A stretch of 64,000 nucleotides of DNA from positions 98,148,001 through 98,212,000 of the forward strand of contig NC_087472.1 of the NCBI RefSeq assembly GCF_036321535.1. The letters run 5' to 3'. Below are positions 12,701 through 26,226 of the stretch, piece after piece. The stretch comes from Camelus dromedarius. Its lineage: Eukaryota. Position 1 is the first letter of the stretch. Every line of letters starts with the position of its first letter. The position numbers and the translations under genes were made by a program. The notes under the pieces were generated by a model, which was not told the origin of the DNA, searched no databases, and was given only the letters and a program-made list of their open reading frames with translations.

Positions 12701-13849
12701 TGGCTTACAATGAGAAAAAAATCTGGAAACAACCTAAATGGCAACACAGGAATTGATTAAACAAATTATAATATATCTGTATAAAGCAGTCATGGCAAAT
12801 GATGGTATAGGTCTATTTTATTGACCTGAAAAGACATTAACATGTCAAGGAAAAAGATCAGCTCATAAAAATAGAGTATATGATCCTTTTTGAGATCTAT
12901 ATATATAATTTTTCCTGTATACTTCCATTTGAAAAGTTATCACGGGGTACTGGGATCTGATGTTTCTTCTTGTTAGTCATTTATAGTTGGTCTACAATGA
13001 GCTTATGTTACCTGGATGGTTAGATGGGTGAGTAGACAGACTGAGAGATACACAGATACACACAGAATAAAGAGATACAGATAGAGTTTAAAGATCTAGT
13101 GTTTAATTCTTGGATTGGCTTTTCTTCCCTTCCCTCTTTCACTCTTTCCAGTCCCCCACCTCTATTTCCCGGGATCACTTCCCAAAATAAACAACTTGCA
13201 TGCAAAATAAGTAAATAAATAAAAATCTAGTGTTTAAAAAAAAATAAGACTGTCAGTATATCTGATATTTGAAAAGCTCTATTTATACACTTTAAGAATA
13301 TCTAATTATCTGCAACATACTTGAGTTCAGAAAAATATGTATCTATAAATCTCTGTATCAATAATACCATCTGTACATTTATATAGTACTTCTATCTGTA
13401 TAAATGTACAGATACAGAGAATGAGACAATATCTATACATTTATAGACAGAGAAAATGAAAGAATATGATAAAGCAAATAAAGCAAAACAGTAACAATCA
13501 GGGAATCTAGGTAAAGGGCGTATGGGAGTTCCTTGTGCTATTGTTTCAACTTTCTCTAAGTCTGAATTACCTCAAAATTTAAATGTTTAAAGAACTAATA
13601 CATATTTTATATTTCAAACACATACAACTGGTACAAGATGATGCTAATTTAAAGAGACCCTACTCCACCATTTGCTCTCCTTCTTGGCACTTGAAGCAAG
13701 AGCCCCATAGTTGATTTTTGAATGCATCCTACACAGTGCTTGTCACAGAATAAACTTGGAGTTTATTTGGGTTGTGTCTTTCCCAGAGCATAGAAATATA
13801 TGGGAAGCCTCCCATTTTGTTTCACAAGGCCATACAACCTTGATAACAG

Positions 13850-14900
13850 GAGTTGACAAACCTAGCATACAAAAATCCATGGATCAATTCAAACCATAAA
13901 TATAGACACAAATGTAAGAAACGATACTAGCTTATTCAATTTTAGCAATGTCTTAAAATAATAAGCTATTCATAAGTAAGATCTATTTCAAGATTATATG
14001 GTTAATTCAGCATGAGGAAAGCTAGACAAGTCAAAAAAAGATACTCCATGTAAAGATACCCCCTTGATAGTGAAGAGACATTTTTCTTGAGCAACACCTT
14101 TTTCCATAGTAGGAATAATAGAACACAATTAAAAAAAAATTAGAAACAAAGGAAAAATATATTGGAGAGAAATACTAGAGGCATTACCACCCAAACTAGG
14201 AATAAGAAAATTATACCCATTATCATTGCTATTATTCAACATTGATCTGAGGCTCCAGTCAATACAGTAAAAGGAAAGGGAGAGACAAAAATTATAATTA
14301 CTTCTAATTTTACGATTACCTATCAAAAAAATCCCAAATAAGCCACCAAAAAGCTATTAATTAATAAAATAGTTCTAATAGGATCCAATATAGATATATC
14401 AAAGGTTTGTAACAGGCATCAAGAGTTGGCAAACTTTTTCCATTAAGGTCAGAGAGTAAATATTTTAGGCTTTGCAGGCCATATGGTCTCTGTAGCAAAT
14501 ACTCAACTCTCTCTGCCATTGTGGTGCAAAAGCAGCCATCGATAAAGCACAAACAAAGGGATATGGCAGTCTTCAACAAAACTTTATTTACAAAACCAGG
14601 CTGGATTTTGGCCCACAGGCCACAGCTTGCAGACCCTTACTTCATACCCCTTCCCCGAACAAAAAAATTTGATAAAGAAAAGTTACCATTTACAACAGCA
14701 AGAAACTATATAAAGCCTAGAAATCACTTTCTAAAGGGCAATTCCGCTTTATGCAACAAAAATGAAACAGTGAATACTCTTTCAACACAACAATTTCATT
14801 TCTGGGAATTTATCCAAAGATACATTTAGATAAGGCCATAAAGATGTGTAAACTTGGCTATTTATTATAGTGTTATTTATAATAGAAGATATCTACTGAC
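13850..14900 (+). mobile_element. Ancient L1 remnant containing a MER58A-like element (about 14420-14638)
   Basis: A-rich L1 ORF2-like text; MER58A termini GTTGGCAAACTTTTTCC...TATTTTAGGCTTTGCAGGCCATATGGTCTCTG...TTGCAGACCCTT. Confidence 0.68.
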
Positions 14901-16644
14901 ATAACCAATGTCTATGAGGAATGCATCGTTTGTTAGAGTAGGTGACAGAGCAGCATGCATAATCAGCTAATTTTTTAAAATATAGGGGCTTGCATACGAG
15001 ATTATGCACATGTGCACACACAGGAAAAAAAAACTGTTAAGATATATACCCAATTGCTTTATTAGCAGTTATTTCTAGAGGTGGATTTATGTACCACTTT
15101 CTTCTTATTTTTTGCATGCTATTCTTGTTTTTTATTTTCACTTGGACATATAATTTTTCACTTTTAAAAGTAGCAAGCAAAAAAAAAAACAAAAACAAAC
15201 TTGTGCTGCTCTGAATAATTTACTCTTATTTTTATGAATTTTAGCCCATATACAGAATCTTCCTCAAACAAAGTTCATCGATACTGATTGTAGTTTTACA
15301 TTAAGACATTTTCAGAAAGTTCTTTAAATTACTATAACTGCTTCATGCAGTTATATATGAAGATAGAAATCTTTGGGCTATAACTAATATAAAAGGATCA
15401 CCTATCTGAAAAGCTTGACTTTTTCTTATCCTTCAGTGATATTTCGGTTTGTGTGACTGTGTGTGTGTGAGTGCGCATGCACCATGTCTCTGTCTAGGAA
15501 GAAAAGAGCTAGAGAAGGGAAAAAGGAAATATGCAAGAATGGTAGGTAAAGGACCAACACAAGATGGTCCTACAGGGAAATAAATCTTAGTAAATTCTTT
15601 CCTTAAGGTCCTATTTAGTTTTGCAGTACAGAAACCTCACCTGTGGGGTTATGGGCAAACTCTGACATTCTTGTGAATTCTCATTTATAACTTATGAAGA
15701 CTAAGTTTGAGCCTCCTACTAGAAAATCTAAGTCCATATGATTGACAGCCAGTTGTGAAATTTAAGCACATTTTCCCTTACAGTTGACAACAGGTATTTT
15801 GCCAGTGGTTTCAGTTGCTATACATATATAAATTGATACATATTTAACTTTCATACACTTAAAGTCTTGGTGAAAAGGATATGGGGACGAAACAAAAATA
15901 ATGATTCTCAAAAATTCTTTGCAGATGTGTTACTGAATGCAAGTTACACGGCAACAATTCACAGCTACCAGAAAGAGGACAAAAAAAATACTATTTTTGC
16001 CTTCTCAAAACAATACCTTACCTGGCCTTGAAATCTCCCTACTTCCAACCCGAAGTGGTTTTCTCCAACAGCTCAGCATAAAAAAATAGATCAATTGTGA
16101 GCAGAAGATCCTCTGGCAAAAGACATTTCCAACTTTTGAAAAGTGTGTGTGCACGCACGCATATGTGAGTATGTGTGTGTGAGCTTGTCGTTGCTAGAGA
16201 GGCCACACGAGAAAGGAAAGTCTCCCCAGAGCCAACTTAGAAGTTAAGAGGAACAATATGACAAATACAAGGTCATCCAGAGTTCTCAAAAGTAATGTCA
16301 AAAGACAATGAAGTGTAAAGTACATTTTGCGAACTATGAAAATCCAGTACACAATCAGCAAGTGATGAAGTTTGTTCTGAACACAACAGACAAATAAGTA
16401 TACTGATATAACATGACTTTCATTAACTATCCCTTTGCTCCTAACCTCAGTCAAATGCTATTTATCCTTCAGCAGCAGAACTTACTATTATCAAACTTGA
16501 ACATAACGAGCTACACTAGGCTTGCATTGAAATCTGGGAGACTGGAATTCCACAATTTTCCTTTCAATCTCCCACTTTAAAAAATCTTAGAAATGAATTT
16601 AGTATAGTTAAAAAGTGAGCAGTCATGCTTCAAACCCAAAACTA

Positions 16645-16872
<228 letters not shown>

Positions 16873-17159
16873 TTAAAAAGAAAATCATAGGATTAATGAC
16901 AAGCACTGAACACTGTGTACTGGCCTCGTCCAAATTAAACAACAATTTCATATCAACCAGTTCCCAAGTCTTGGCTTTTACATTTCCCCAGTTTTGGCTT
17001 TTACATTTCCCCTCAAATGACTCCCTGAGTCAACCTGACTACATTCAATTATTATATTCAGAGTGAGCGGATAAAAGTTTGGTGGTATTATTGCTTCTGG
17101 CTTCTGCAAGACTGCTCCTAACATCTGTGGGGCCCGGGACAGGAATACAAATGGAGTGT

Positions 17160-17655
17160 ATGTTAGATTGTTTGCAAGGATGTGTGTGACATTTCCTTCC
17201 ATCCTCTCGTCCTTCTGCAAGGTGACTTTGCCCCTCTTCCCACCAAGCAGAAGGATCTATTTCTCCTGCCTTGAATCTGGGCTGGCCTTGTGACTTGATG
17301 TGGCCAAGAGAGTGTGGCAGAGAAACTTTTCATGAGTTTCGAAGCCAGGCCTTAAGAAGCCTTTCACTTTCCATGTTAACTCCCTTTGAACGGAGCCCCA
17401 AGGGCATCCTTTAAAGAAGCCTCCTGGAGGAGGTGAGGCCACATAAAGAACCAAGCCACCATGAACTACCAGACACATGACTGAGGCAATCATGGACATT
17501 CCAGGCCATGATCCAGCTAAATGCAGCTGTAAGAACCCAGGCAATCTCAGCAGAAGAACCCTCACCAAACTCAAGGCATCAAGAGAAACATTAAATCACT
17601 CTCGTTTCAGGTCTCTAAGGTTTGGGGTGGTTGGTCCACAACAAAGGCTGACACA
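17160..17655 (+). mobile_element. MaLR solo LTR (MLT1-type)
   Basis: CCTTGAATCTGGGCTGGCCTTGTGACTTG ... CTCTAAGGTTTGGGGTGGTTGG. Confidence 0.75.
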
Positions 17656-19684
17656 GAGGCCCACATGTCATTTCTAAGTATTGAACCGATCTATCTACAA
17701 CATACCTTCATAAAGACCTGCAGAGCCAGGTCTGAATTCTTGAGGCCCTTGACATATAGTGCAGCTCATGGAGGAATGACTCCCTGGAAGGGACCCAAAC
17801 AGGCCCTGAAAGGAGGCTTGGGGCCATGCGGCAGGGAATGTCAGGTTGTAGAAGGAAAGGGCTGCTGCCCTGGCCTCACAGACTCCTCGACCAGGGAGAG
17901 GTATGGCCAGAGCAGGGCAAAGTGGAACATTCTAAATGAAGGGCCCAGGTCTAGGGGCAGAACTGAGTATTTGTGTAACTTAACAGAAAGACACAAGAGA
18001 CTGATCTACCATTCTTTCCTCTTAAGCCCACAACTGATTACATATGTAAGACAGTCAATTCGTAGGAAGTTTGTGCATAATTAAATTTATATCCATGAGC
18101 TTTAGAAAAAGTCTTTCATTACTAAATAAGACCCCAAAATTCCTCATAAAGCATAAAGATATGCACCAAATGATTTTTTTTAAAGGCAGCCAATATTTTA
18201 ATGGCATTAGAAAGATGACATCCTGGGTAATTTTCATACTCTAATGCCAGAATACATCTGTTTGAAGTAATGAAAACCCAATGAGTTTTCAGCTAAATAT
18301 GAATGACTTGCCGAAAAAGTATAATCTGCATAAATTTAGATACACATATTACAATTCGGTTATATGTGTGGCTCCTCCAGGTTTAAGAGTAAGGCTACAT
18401 AGTTTTCTAGCCTAGTCTTTCTATGAAAATTTCAAACAGCTTTTTGTCTTTGATGAAGTGAATAGTACAGACGTCCTAATCTCTACAGAACTTCAAAATC
18501 CCCACCATTCCCAATCCTTCCCCACCTCACCCCAAAAAACAAAAATTGGTTTGGAATCTAAGTTTGATAAATTTAAAACTGTCTTAATATTTCCATCTTT
18601 CACAATTAATTCAACTGTCTCCGATTTTTACTTACTGCTACAATTTTATCATTACTATTTAATAAGCAAACATGCTAGAATACATAAAATCTTCATTTCA
18701 GTTTGTATTTGTAGTTACTCTGGCTCTGCAACCACAGAATGAATCTGCTATGTGACACCTCAGGGACATGGATCAGACAAGCTGCGATCCCACACAATAT
18801 TTAGAGTCACACAGAGGCGCCCTCCCACACATTTTTATTCACATAAGGACACTGTTTTCTGGCCACCTTCCCAAACTTCCCCCTGTCCCCAACCTTCCAA
18901 TGTAACCTCTCCATCTTCTCAGTGTTCTTGCAGGTACCTAAACTGCAAGATCAGCTCTGACCTCAACCCTGATACAAAGTGGGAGAATACATCACTCACA
19001 GTGAATTTGGAGCTGAGCCCACTAAGTGGAAAAACTCTAGCTTCAGCCTCTAAATTCATCACTCACAATCCACAGCTGGGCACAAGGCTACACTTTCTGC
19101 AGGGGAACTGTGAATTCTAATTGCAAGGGACCATAGTTGTCAAGACCCCAAAACTCCTTTCCCCCCACTCAGCTCCATGGAGAAAAAAACCCCAGAGAGT
19201 CTTGTTTTAATAAAAGAAATATGATGATGAAGGAAGTCTGTGAAAGGCCAGACTGTGTATTCCCTCAAGTCACTGTATGTAAGGTAAATTGTTATGCAGT
19301 CTCCAACTAGGTTTATGCAGTACAGGTGGAGGCATTGCCCCATATACCAGCCTGACTTCTTAAGTTTAATCAGGGCTCAGGGAGAGGGTGATGGTGGTAA
19401 CAATAAAAATTAGAAATATTGAGCGTTTCCTCTGTGCCAGGAACTATGCTAAGCCCTCTCCCGGCAGTACAGACTTCTCACAGACTCTGGAGCCAGACCA
19501 CCTGGGTTTGAATGTCAACAACACCCTACAATAACCCTGTAACCTTAGGTAGGTTACTTGGCCTCTCAGTTTCCTCATCTGTAAAATGTGGATAATATTA
19601 GCACCACACAGGATCTTCTTGAAAATTAAATGAATAAATATGTGTAAAGTGCTTCCAACTGCATCAGGTACATTGCCAAATAAA

Positions 19685-19874
19685 TACGGTTGCCAGATAA
19701 AATACAGAATGCCTAGTGAAATTTGCATTTCAGATAGATGACTACTTTTATGGCATAAGTACTACCAAATATTGCATGGGACATGTTTATGAAAAAAATT
19801 GTTGCTGTATATCTGCAATTGAAATTTAACTGAGCATCCTGAATGTATGCATGTAGCTAAATCTGGCAACCGTA
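19685..19874. mobile_element. MER53-like palindromic hAT MITE inserted in a MIR (MIR about 19480-19680)
   Basis: Perfect 14-bp TIR TACGGTTGCCAGAT / ATCTGGCAACCGTA; 8-bp TSD CAAATAAA (19677-19684) / CATATAAA (19875-19882). Confidence 0.85.
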
Positions 19875-19891
19875 CATATAAATTTGCTATT

Positions 19892-20212
19892 ATAATTCCA
19901 CACTTAATCTGAAACTCTTGAGGCCAGATGTTTCAGAGCTCATAGATTCTAGAAAAGCAATACAATGCATATACTATAGATTATACAATACCTCCAGCAA
20001 TGTCTGGAGCTGCACTCCTGAAGCAAGCACATTAATGACCACATAGGGAATAAATGCATATATAAAGTGGGATGAACAAAGCCTAGAACAGCCTCACATG
20101 AGTTAAGACCCAGTTTTGCCATCACAAGAATTGAAATTGGGTCCAGTCTTGACAAGTAAGAGTCACAATGCTCTCTGGGTTTGGGGTGAAGGATTGGGCA
20201 TTGTGGACCTTG
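19892..20212. mobile_element. Tigger-type remnant (MER46C-like)
   Basis: TCTGAAACTCTTGAGGCCAGATGTTTCAGA ... GATTGGGCATTGTGGACCT resemblance; family call from memory. Confidence 0.5.
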
Positions 20213-20618
20213 ACTGCCAGTACTACCACCATCACTATTTTTTTCTATTCTCACGACCAGTAAGACAAGTAAAAACTGTTACTTCCACTTTACAGACGGT
20301 CAAACTGAGGCTTAGGATGCTTTATGGATTTAGCCCAGGATATGTGGCTTGTAAGAGGCCAGCTCATGCTTCCAACCCAAGTCAGCCTGTCTGCTGCTAT
20401 CCACTATCATTAGCATGCCCTTGTTTCCTTGTTTCTTTGTTTTCTTTCTCCACCTTTTATTCTGAAAGAGGGACTAGGATAGATGGAAACAAGAGACAAG
20501 GAAGAAAGAGTTAAAGGAATGAGGCACCTCGGAAAAGATTGGCACCTGCTCAGAAAGGATTGATACCTGGTCAGAAAAGGTCCAGAACATACCTCTCCCG
20601 AAATTCATCCTGAAGAGA

Positions 20619-20862
20619 CGCAGCGCGGAGCCTAAGCACACAGCAGCCGCGCACCAAGCACACGGCACGAGGCACCGCGCTCGCACGCGGCGCACCGCCC
20701 ACGCACGTGCACGCACGCGGCGCACCGCCCACGCACGTGCACGCACGCGGCGCACCGCCCACGCACGTGCACGCACGCGGCGCACCGCCCACGCACGTGC
20801 ACGCACGCGGCGCAACGCCCACGCACGCACCGCCCACGCACACGCACACGCACACGCACAGC
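20619..20862. repeat. CpG-dense 30-bp minisatellite with (GCACAC)n tail in PHEX intron 2
   Basis: Unit ACGCACGTGCACGCACGCGGCGCACCGCCC: exact copies at 20701, 20731 and 20761, one-mismatch copy at 20791, partial copy 20683-20700, degenerate flanks. Confidence 0.95.
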
Positions 20863-21579
20863 GAGCCTCACGCTGCACGAAAGACTAGCCCTAGTGAGCC
20901 ATTCGCTACAGAAACAGCAAAAGTATCCTTTTCAATATTAGAAAGCCATTCACCAAGGTGAAAATTAAAAACAGGACAGCAAGGCAAAAAGCTAGCTGGC
21001 AGGAGGCAACATTATCAGTGTCATTCTTTAAATTTTACTCGGCGTTATTATGATTCTAATAAAAACACAAAACTCATGAAATGCATGGCTCTGTGTAAAA
21101 AAAAGTTGACTCAACGCAAATTGAAAATTTGAGCTCAAAAATTTAAGTTTCACACATCTGCAAGAAGCATTCCACAACAAAAGCACAAGGTGCTATCACC
21201 TCTAAGACCTGTCCTCTGATAGTCCCACACCCGACTCCACATCACCCTCGCTCAGCTGGAGAAAACCCTAGGGCAGCTAGCTGCTCAAGCTGGGAAAAGC
21301 AAAGGGCCTGGGAATTCCCACATCTTTCTCACATTTTCAGGGACAAGATCAAAAAGCTGAAATGGCTGTCTAGTCACTAGACTAGTAGTTCTAATACGAT
21401 GAAAAAGCAAGACAGGACCAGGGTCAAAGAGAGTCACCTGACATGGCCTCTAGCACCAAGGCACAGCTGGAGAGGAGCCAGACGGGAACTTGAAGCCCAG
21501 CCCAACGTTAATTCAAGCTATGACCCTGGGCAGGTTTTAGCTTCTAGAAGCCTAAATCTAAGCGTCACCTTTTCTCACA

Positions 21580-22275
21580 GCCCACATCCAACCCTTCAGG
21601 AAGCTCTCTATCTCCTACTAAACCCTCCAGTCTCGCTTCCCATCTCTTGAATTCAAACCACTATCACCTCTCACCTAGCTTACGGAAGTGACCACCTGCC
21701 TGAGCGACCTTCTTCCATTCTTGCTTCCTGTGGTCGGTCCTCCACCCAGAAAGACTCCACTGAGTCTGGCTATCCATAGAGATCTTTTTAAATGCTAATA
21801 AGATAATGCCTCTGAAAACCCTCCAGGGTCTTCTGAACACACTTAGGAAAGCCTCAAACTCCCTGGCACCTGGGTTCCCCACTGATCCTCATCACCTGCA
21901 CTCTGCTCCTTACCCAGATGCTCTTCCTACTCAAGTCCACCAAGCTCTTTCCTCTACCGGGTTCTTCCCCCAGCCCCCCACCCCAGAAAGCCTTTTCCTC
22001 CATCTTCACACAGCATTCCCGTCATTATTCAAGGGCCAATTCAACATCATTATTTTTTTAGACTTTTCAATCTCGCCATCCTATCACTTGCCCCCACATT
22101 ATTCTATTTTAATAATTTTCTGTCTAACATGTACTATCAGCTAATATTTTTCTTGTGCATTAATTGCCTTGTGTGTTTGTCTCTTTCTTCCCTTACCTGA
22201 CCATTCTGTCTCACTGCTGAATTTCTAAAACTTAACTCGGTGTCTGGAGTGCAATAAATATTTGGTGAATTAATT
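21580..22275 (+). mobile_element. LINE-2 3' fragment
   Basis: Pyrimidine-rich L2 text (ATCACCTCTCACCTAGCTTAC, GATCTTTTTAAATGC) ending CAATAAATATTTGGTGAATTAAT. Confidence 0.7.
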
Positions 22276-23000
22276 CATTAATCTCTTCTGTTAAAGCCAA
22301 GACGAAAGTGAGAGGGCCGTGTGCTTAACTTATCCTATCACTTTCCCTTTGGAAAACACACTAGTGTCCCTGGCCACTTTAAAAATGGGGGTGGGGCTGG
22401 AATCCAGGTCTTGCAACTCTTGGCCCTAACCCTGGTTTATGGAGGGTATCTAATAGAGGTGGCAAAACTGAGGCAACTTTAACCACTCATCTTCACTTTG
22501 GGGTACCCACTGATACACAGCCTGTCACTTTAGGAAAAATTTAACTTGTAATGTGTAATGAAAGACCCAAAGGGATTCCAGGTGACAGTGAAAGGGTGGA
22601 TTTACAGAGGGTCCCTGCTTAGATGCAGGCAAGTGAGACCCACTGATACAGAAAGACTGCTTAAGATAAATAGGAATCTATATCCAGCTAAAGTGATAGG
22701 AAGGTTGATGATCTCTGTCTTCAGGTCTCAAGAGAAGCCATTCAGCCTTCCAAGCCCCTTCCTGATTTCCTTCTAATGACTTGGAATGCTGCACAGCTGT
22801 TTTATTGCAAGAAAAAAAAGAAAACTTACATTCCACGACTTCACACCAAGACTTGCAAGTAAACTTAAAATTTCATCAGAATTGCATTTCATACTTGGTA
22901 AACCTCAAGCAAACAGAATACTAAAAATACCACCTGTTTTCTCTTCCATTCCCCAAGGTACTATAATTATAACTTGACACAGGATGGAAAACTGACTTAC

Positions 23001-23069
23001 CAGCTTCAATGCATTCTGGCTTCAGGCAGTACTCCGGTTTAGCTTGGAGACTTAAGAAACCTTGACTCA
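23001..23069 (-). CDS. PHEX: PHEX coding exon 2
   Basis: Acceptor TTTTTTTTTCAG|, 69 nt encoding (V)[22 protein letters not shown], donor G|GTAAGT. In frame with exons 1 and 3. Confidence 0.97.
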
Positions 23070-23319
23070 CTGAAAAAAAAACAGGCCAAAATAAAGAAAT
23101 GACTAGCTCGCAGCAGACCACCAGCAGGTAACCCACTGTAGTCAGGCACATATGTGACACATTTGATATCAGTTCATCCTTCTCAGTGTTCACACAGAAT
23201 TCAAAAATCCAGTTGGCTCAGTATCACAGAACCAGACTCTGGTCACTAGCTAAATAACTTTGGTGAGACTCTCAGTTGTTTTCAAACTTAGTTCTCTCGA
23301 CAAGTGGGCACAACTAGAC

Positions 23320-23510
23320 CAGTGCTTCTTAAGAGTGGGGTCGTCCCTGGGGCAGGGGCAGGGCAGCAGCAGCAACATCACCTGGGAGCTAATTAGAAAT
23401 GAACCCTAACGCAGACCTGCTGAATCAGAAACTGTTGGGTGGGGCCCAGCCATCAGTGTTTTAACAAGCCCTCCAGGTCATTCTGATGCACTCAAGTTTG
23501 AGAACCACTG
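23320..23510. mobile_element. MER5A-like MITE
   Basis: CAGTGCTTCTTAAGAGTG...CAGCAACATCACCTGGGAGCT...AGTTTGAGAACCACTG. Confidence 0.8.
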
Positions 23511-24756
23511 GGCTAAATGATCCCTAATCTCTTCTATCTTTGATTATCTGTGGCTTAAGTCTCATAATTTCACTCTTTTTGTTTATAACTACATTCTCAT
23601 TTTAGTGATGGGAAAATTGACACAGACTATGTCATTTGGACCAAATATAGAGTTGAAGGTGAAAGCAAGCAGGTGTGGCATTTAAAGTTCTGCATCTTAT
23701 TTAAACCATCTATACAGATGCGGCCCATAAAAGGGGGGGAGACTAAAAATATACTATATATAATTCAGTCATCTACCTGCTCCATATCCCACACACCCTC
23801 CTCCCACCAAACCCCGTCTAGCTACCAGACAGATGCAGCTTTGTGGACCAAGCTTCCAACTACTTGCACCAAAACAAAACCAAACAAAAACCCTGCAAGA
23901 TGGTGGCTCAATTTCCCCCCAATCTGGCTGGTAATATCATCTAAATGGATTTCTGCAGAAGTATAGAAGGGTGTCCTATTTGTAAACTTCAGGTATCACC
24001 TGGGTATTAGCAGATGTGAGTTTAGATTTCAAAAGTATTTTTGGTAGCCAAGGAAATTGTGGAGATTCATTATTGCTGTACTCTGGGAGCAGAAATAAGG
24101 AATCATTTGGAGATGTGGCCATGGGGAGATGGATGGTGGTGGGTGAAGGGGGGGCCAAGGCTTTTCATGGTATCCTCAGCAGAGAAACAGGATCAGAAAG
24201 CATGGGGGTACCTGTATTTCTGCTGGAGATGGAAGACCTGTACATCACTTGCCAGTGTGGCAATTTGTATTATTTATTAACCCACATTCTAAGAGGAGCC
24301 TGCTTTTCCTTTGTTCTTTTCTCTGTTGCCATCCTCCAAACAGCCTTTTTTTCTGTGTTACATTAGAGATTAAAGAAAACTGCCTATGGAACATCTCAGG
24401 CCTATTTTTAAGAAAAGAAGTATCTTAGCGTAAAGTTACATTTTGATTTCTTTAGAAAGCAAAAAAATTAAAAAGGTGAAAAAATATATGTGCAGCATAA
24501 AGATTAGTACGGAATACTTCAATATGCCTTGGCCGTGGAACCATGGGGTAAAGTTTCCCTTCAGTCTCCTTCTATATGTTTACCAAATGTTCTTTAATGA
24601 GCATGTGGGGTTTTTTTTTATAATGAGAAAACAAACTTTACTGTAAATAATAATAGTTTTAAGATTCTGGGCAATACCTTCTTGATAGTAGCCTTATTCT
24701 ATTTTAGAAAAAAGATAATATAATGGTTAATCTAAATTTATTCCTTTCAAGATCAA

Positions 24757-25025
24757 AACTTCCAGTTATAAAATAAAGAGGTCATGCGGATATAATGTAC
24801 AGCATGGTGACTATGGTTAATAATACTGTATTATATATTTGGAAGTTGATAAGACAGTAGATCTTAAATGTTCTTATCACAAGAAAAAAATATGTATGTG
24901 TGGTGATGGATGTTAACTTGACTTATGGTGATCTTTTCACAATATATACAAATATCGAATCATTATGTTGTACATCTGCAACCAATATAATAATGTTATA
25001 TATAAGTTATATCTCATTTTTAAAA
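24757..25025 (+). mobile_element. L1MA-type 3' end
   Basis: TAATGTACAGCATGGTGACTATGGTTAATAATACTGTATT...GTAGATCTTAAATGTTCT. Confidence 0.8.
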
Positions 25026-26226
25026 GTTTTAAAGATTTATTTCATGGAAAATAATTATTGACCCAAAACCTCTAGTGAAGCAGAACTAAAATATCTTTAC
25101 CTGATGATGAGTTAAAGGAAAGTTTAAGCTAAATTAATTGAGACACAGACAAACCCAATCCCTCAAGGAAGAGCATTATATCCAGGAGTAATTATCTTAA
25201 GATCCTGCAAATGAAGAAGGGTCAACAAGCCCAGATAATGTGAAGGTTTAAGTCAATGAAACAGTGACAACAAAGAAAACATTTTTAATATAAAAATGAA
25301 AATATTACTATTGACTGGTTAGGAACTTTAAAAAAACTTAAAGAGCAGTTTGGTTTCTTATTTTGGATTGCTCTATAACCAGCAGAAATGACCTCCGAAT
25401 GCAGTGCGGTCATCTATAGGTGGAGAGCATGGGAATGACCGTAAGAATGTTTCAAGACATGTGAAAATGATCTGAAATCTACATTTCAATGTCCAGAAAT
25501 CCAAGTGTACCAGAATACAGCCAAGCCTATTTGTGTATCTATTGTCTGCGGTTGCTTTTGTGCTATAACACAGTCGCGTACCCACAACAGAGACAATATG
25601 GCCCAGAAAGCCAAAAATAATTGTACATGTGAAATTTATATAATGTTATACACCAATGTTACCTCAATAAAAAATAAATCTAAAAGAAAAAGTGAAATAC
25701 AATAAAAATTGATTATAGGCGTATTGGTATGCCTGACGTCTTAAATCCTAGTGCTGTCCATTCTCTGAGACCACCCCAAGGCCAGTAGCAATCACGTTTA
25801 CTGTAAAAACACTGAAGTTTAAAAACAGAGATTACTCCAGAGCCTGAAATACAAAAAAGTGGTAGGAAGGAATGCTAGAAATTACAATCATGTGGCTGAA
25901 CTTGCATAGGCAGAAAAATACACCAGAAGTTTACCTGGAAGCTCTTGGAAGAGAAGAGGACCTTAACCAGAATATTGTCATAAAGAGCACTGCCTGGCAG
26001 GTCTCAGGAGATTTGCAGACAAGGACTTTGCTAGGTGCACAGTGGAGGTGGGCAGCAGAGCCTGTGGGACTGGGCAGTGAAAAGGGGTGGAGGGAAGGGA
26101 GGGAGTCAGAAATAGTGCAGAGACATTTGCCAAAAATACCATTTATTTTTTAATTTGAGAGTGTGCATTTATTTTAAAGCAAATGTCTCTGAATGTATAC
26201 ATCCAAATGGACGTGGTCCCCTGAAG

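Noticed and set aside
20474..20961. Repetitive ORFs (RRVRARAWAV..., HARGAPPTHV...) and a CRISPR-like look of the 30-bp repeat
   Set aside because: The ORFs are translations of a stop-free minisatellite. Units are head-to-tail with no spacers, and the DNA is mammalian.
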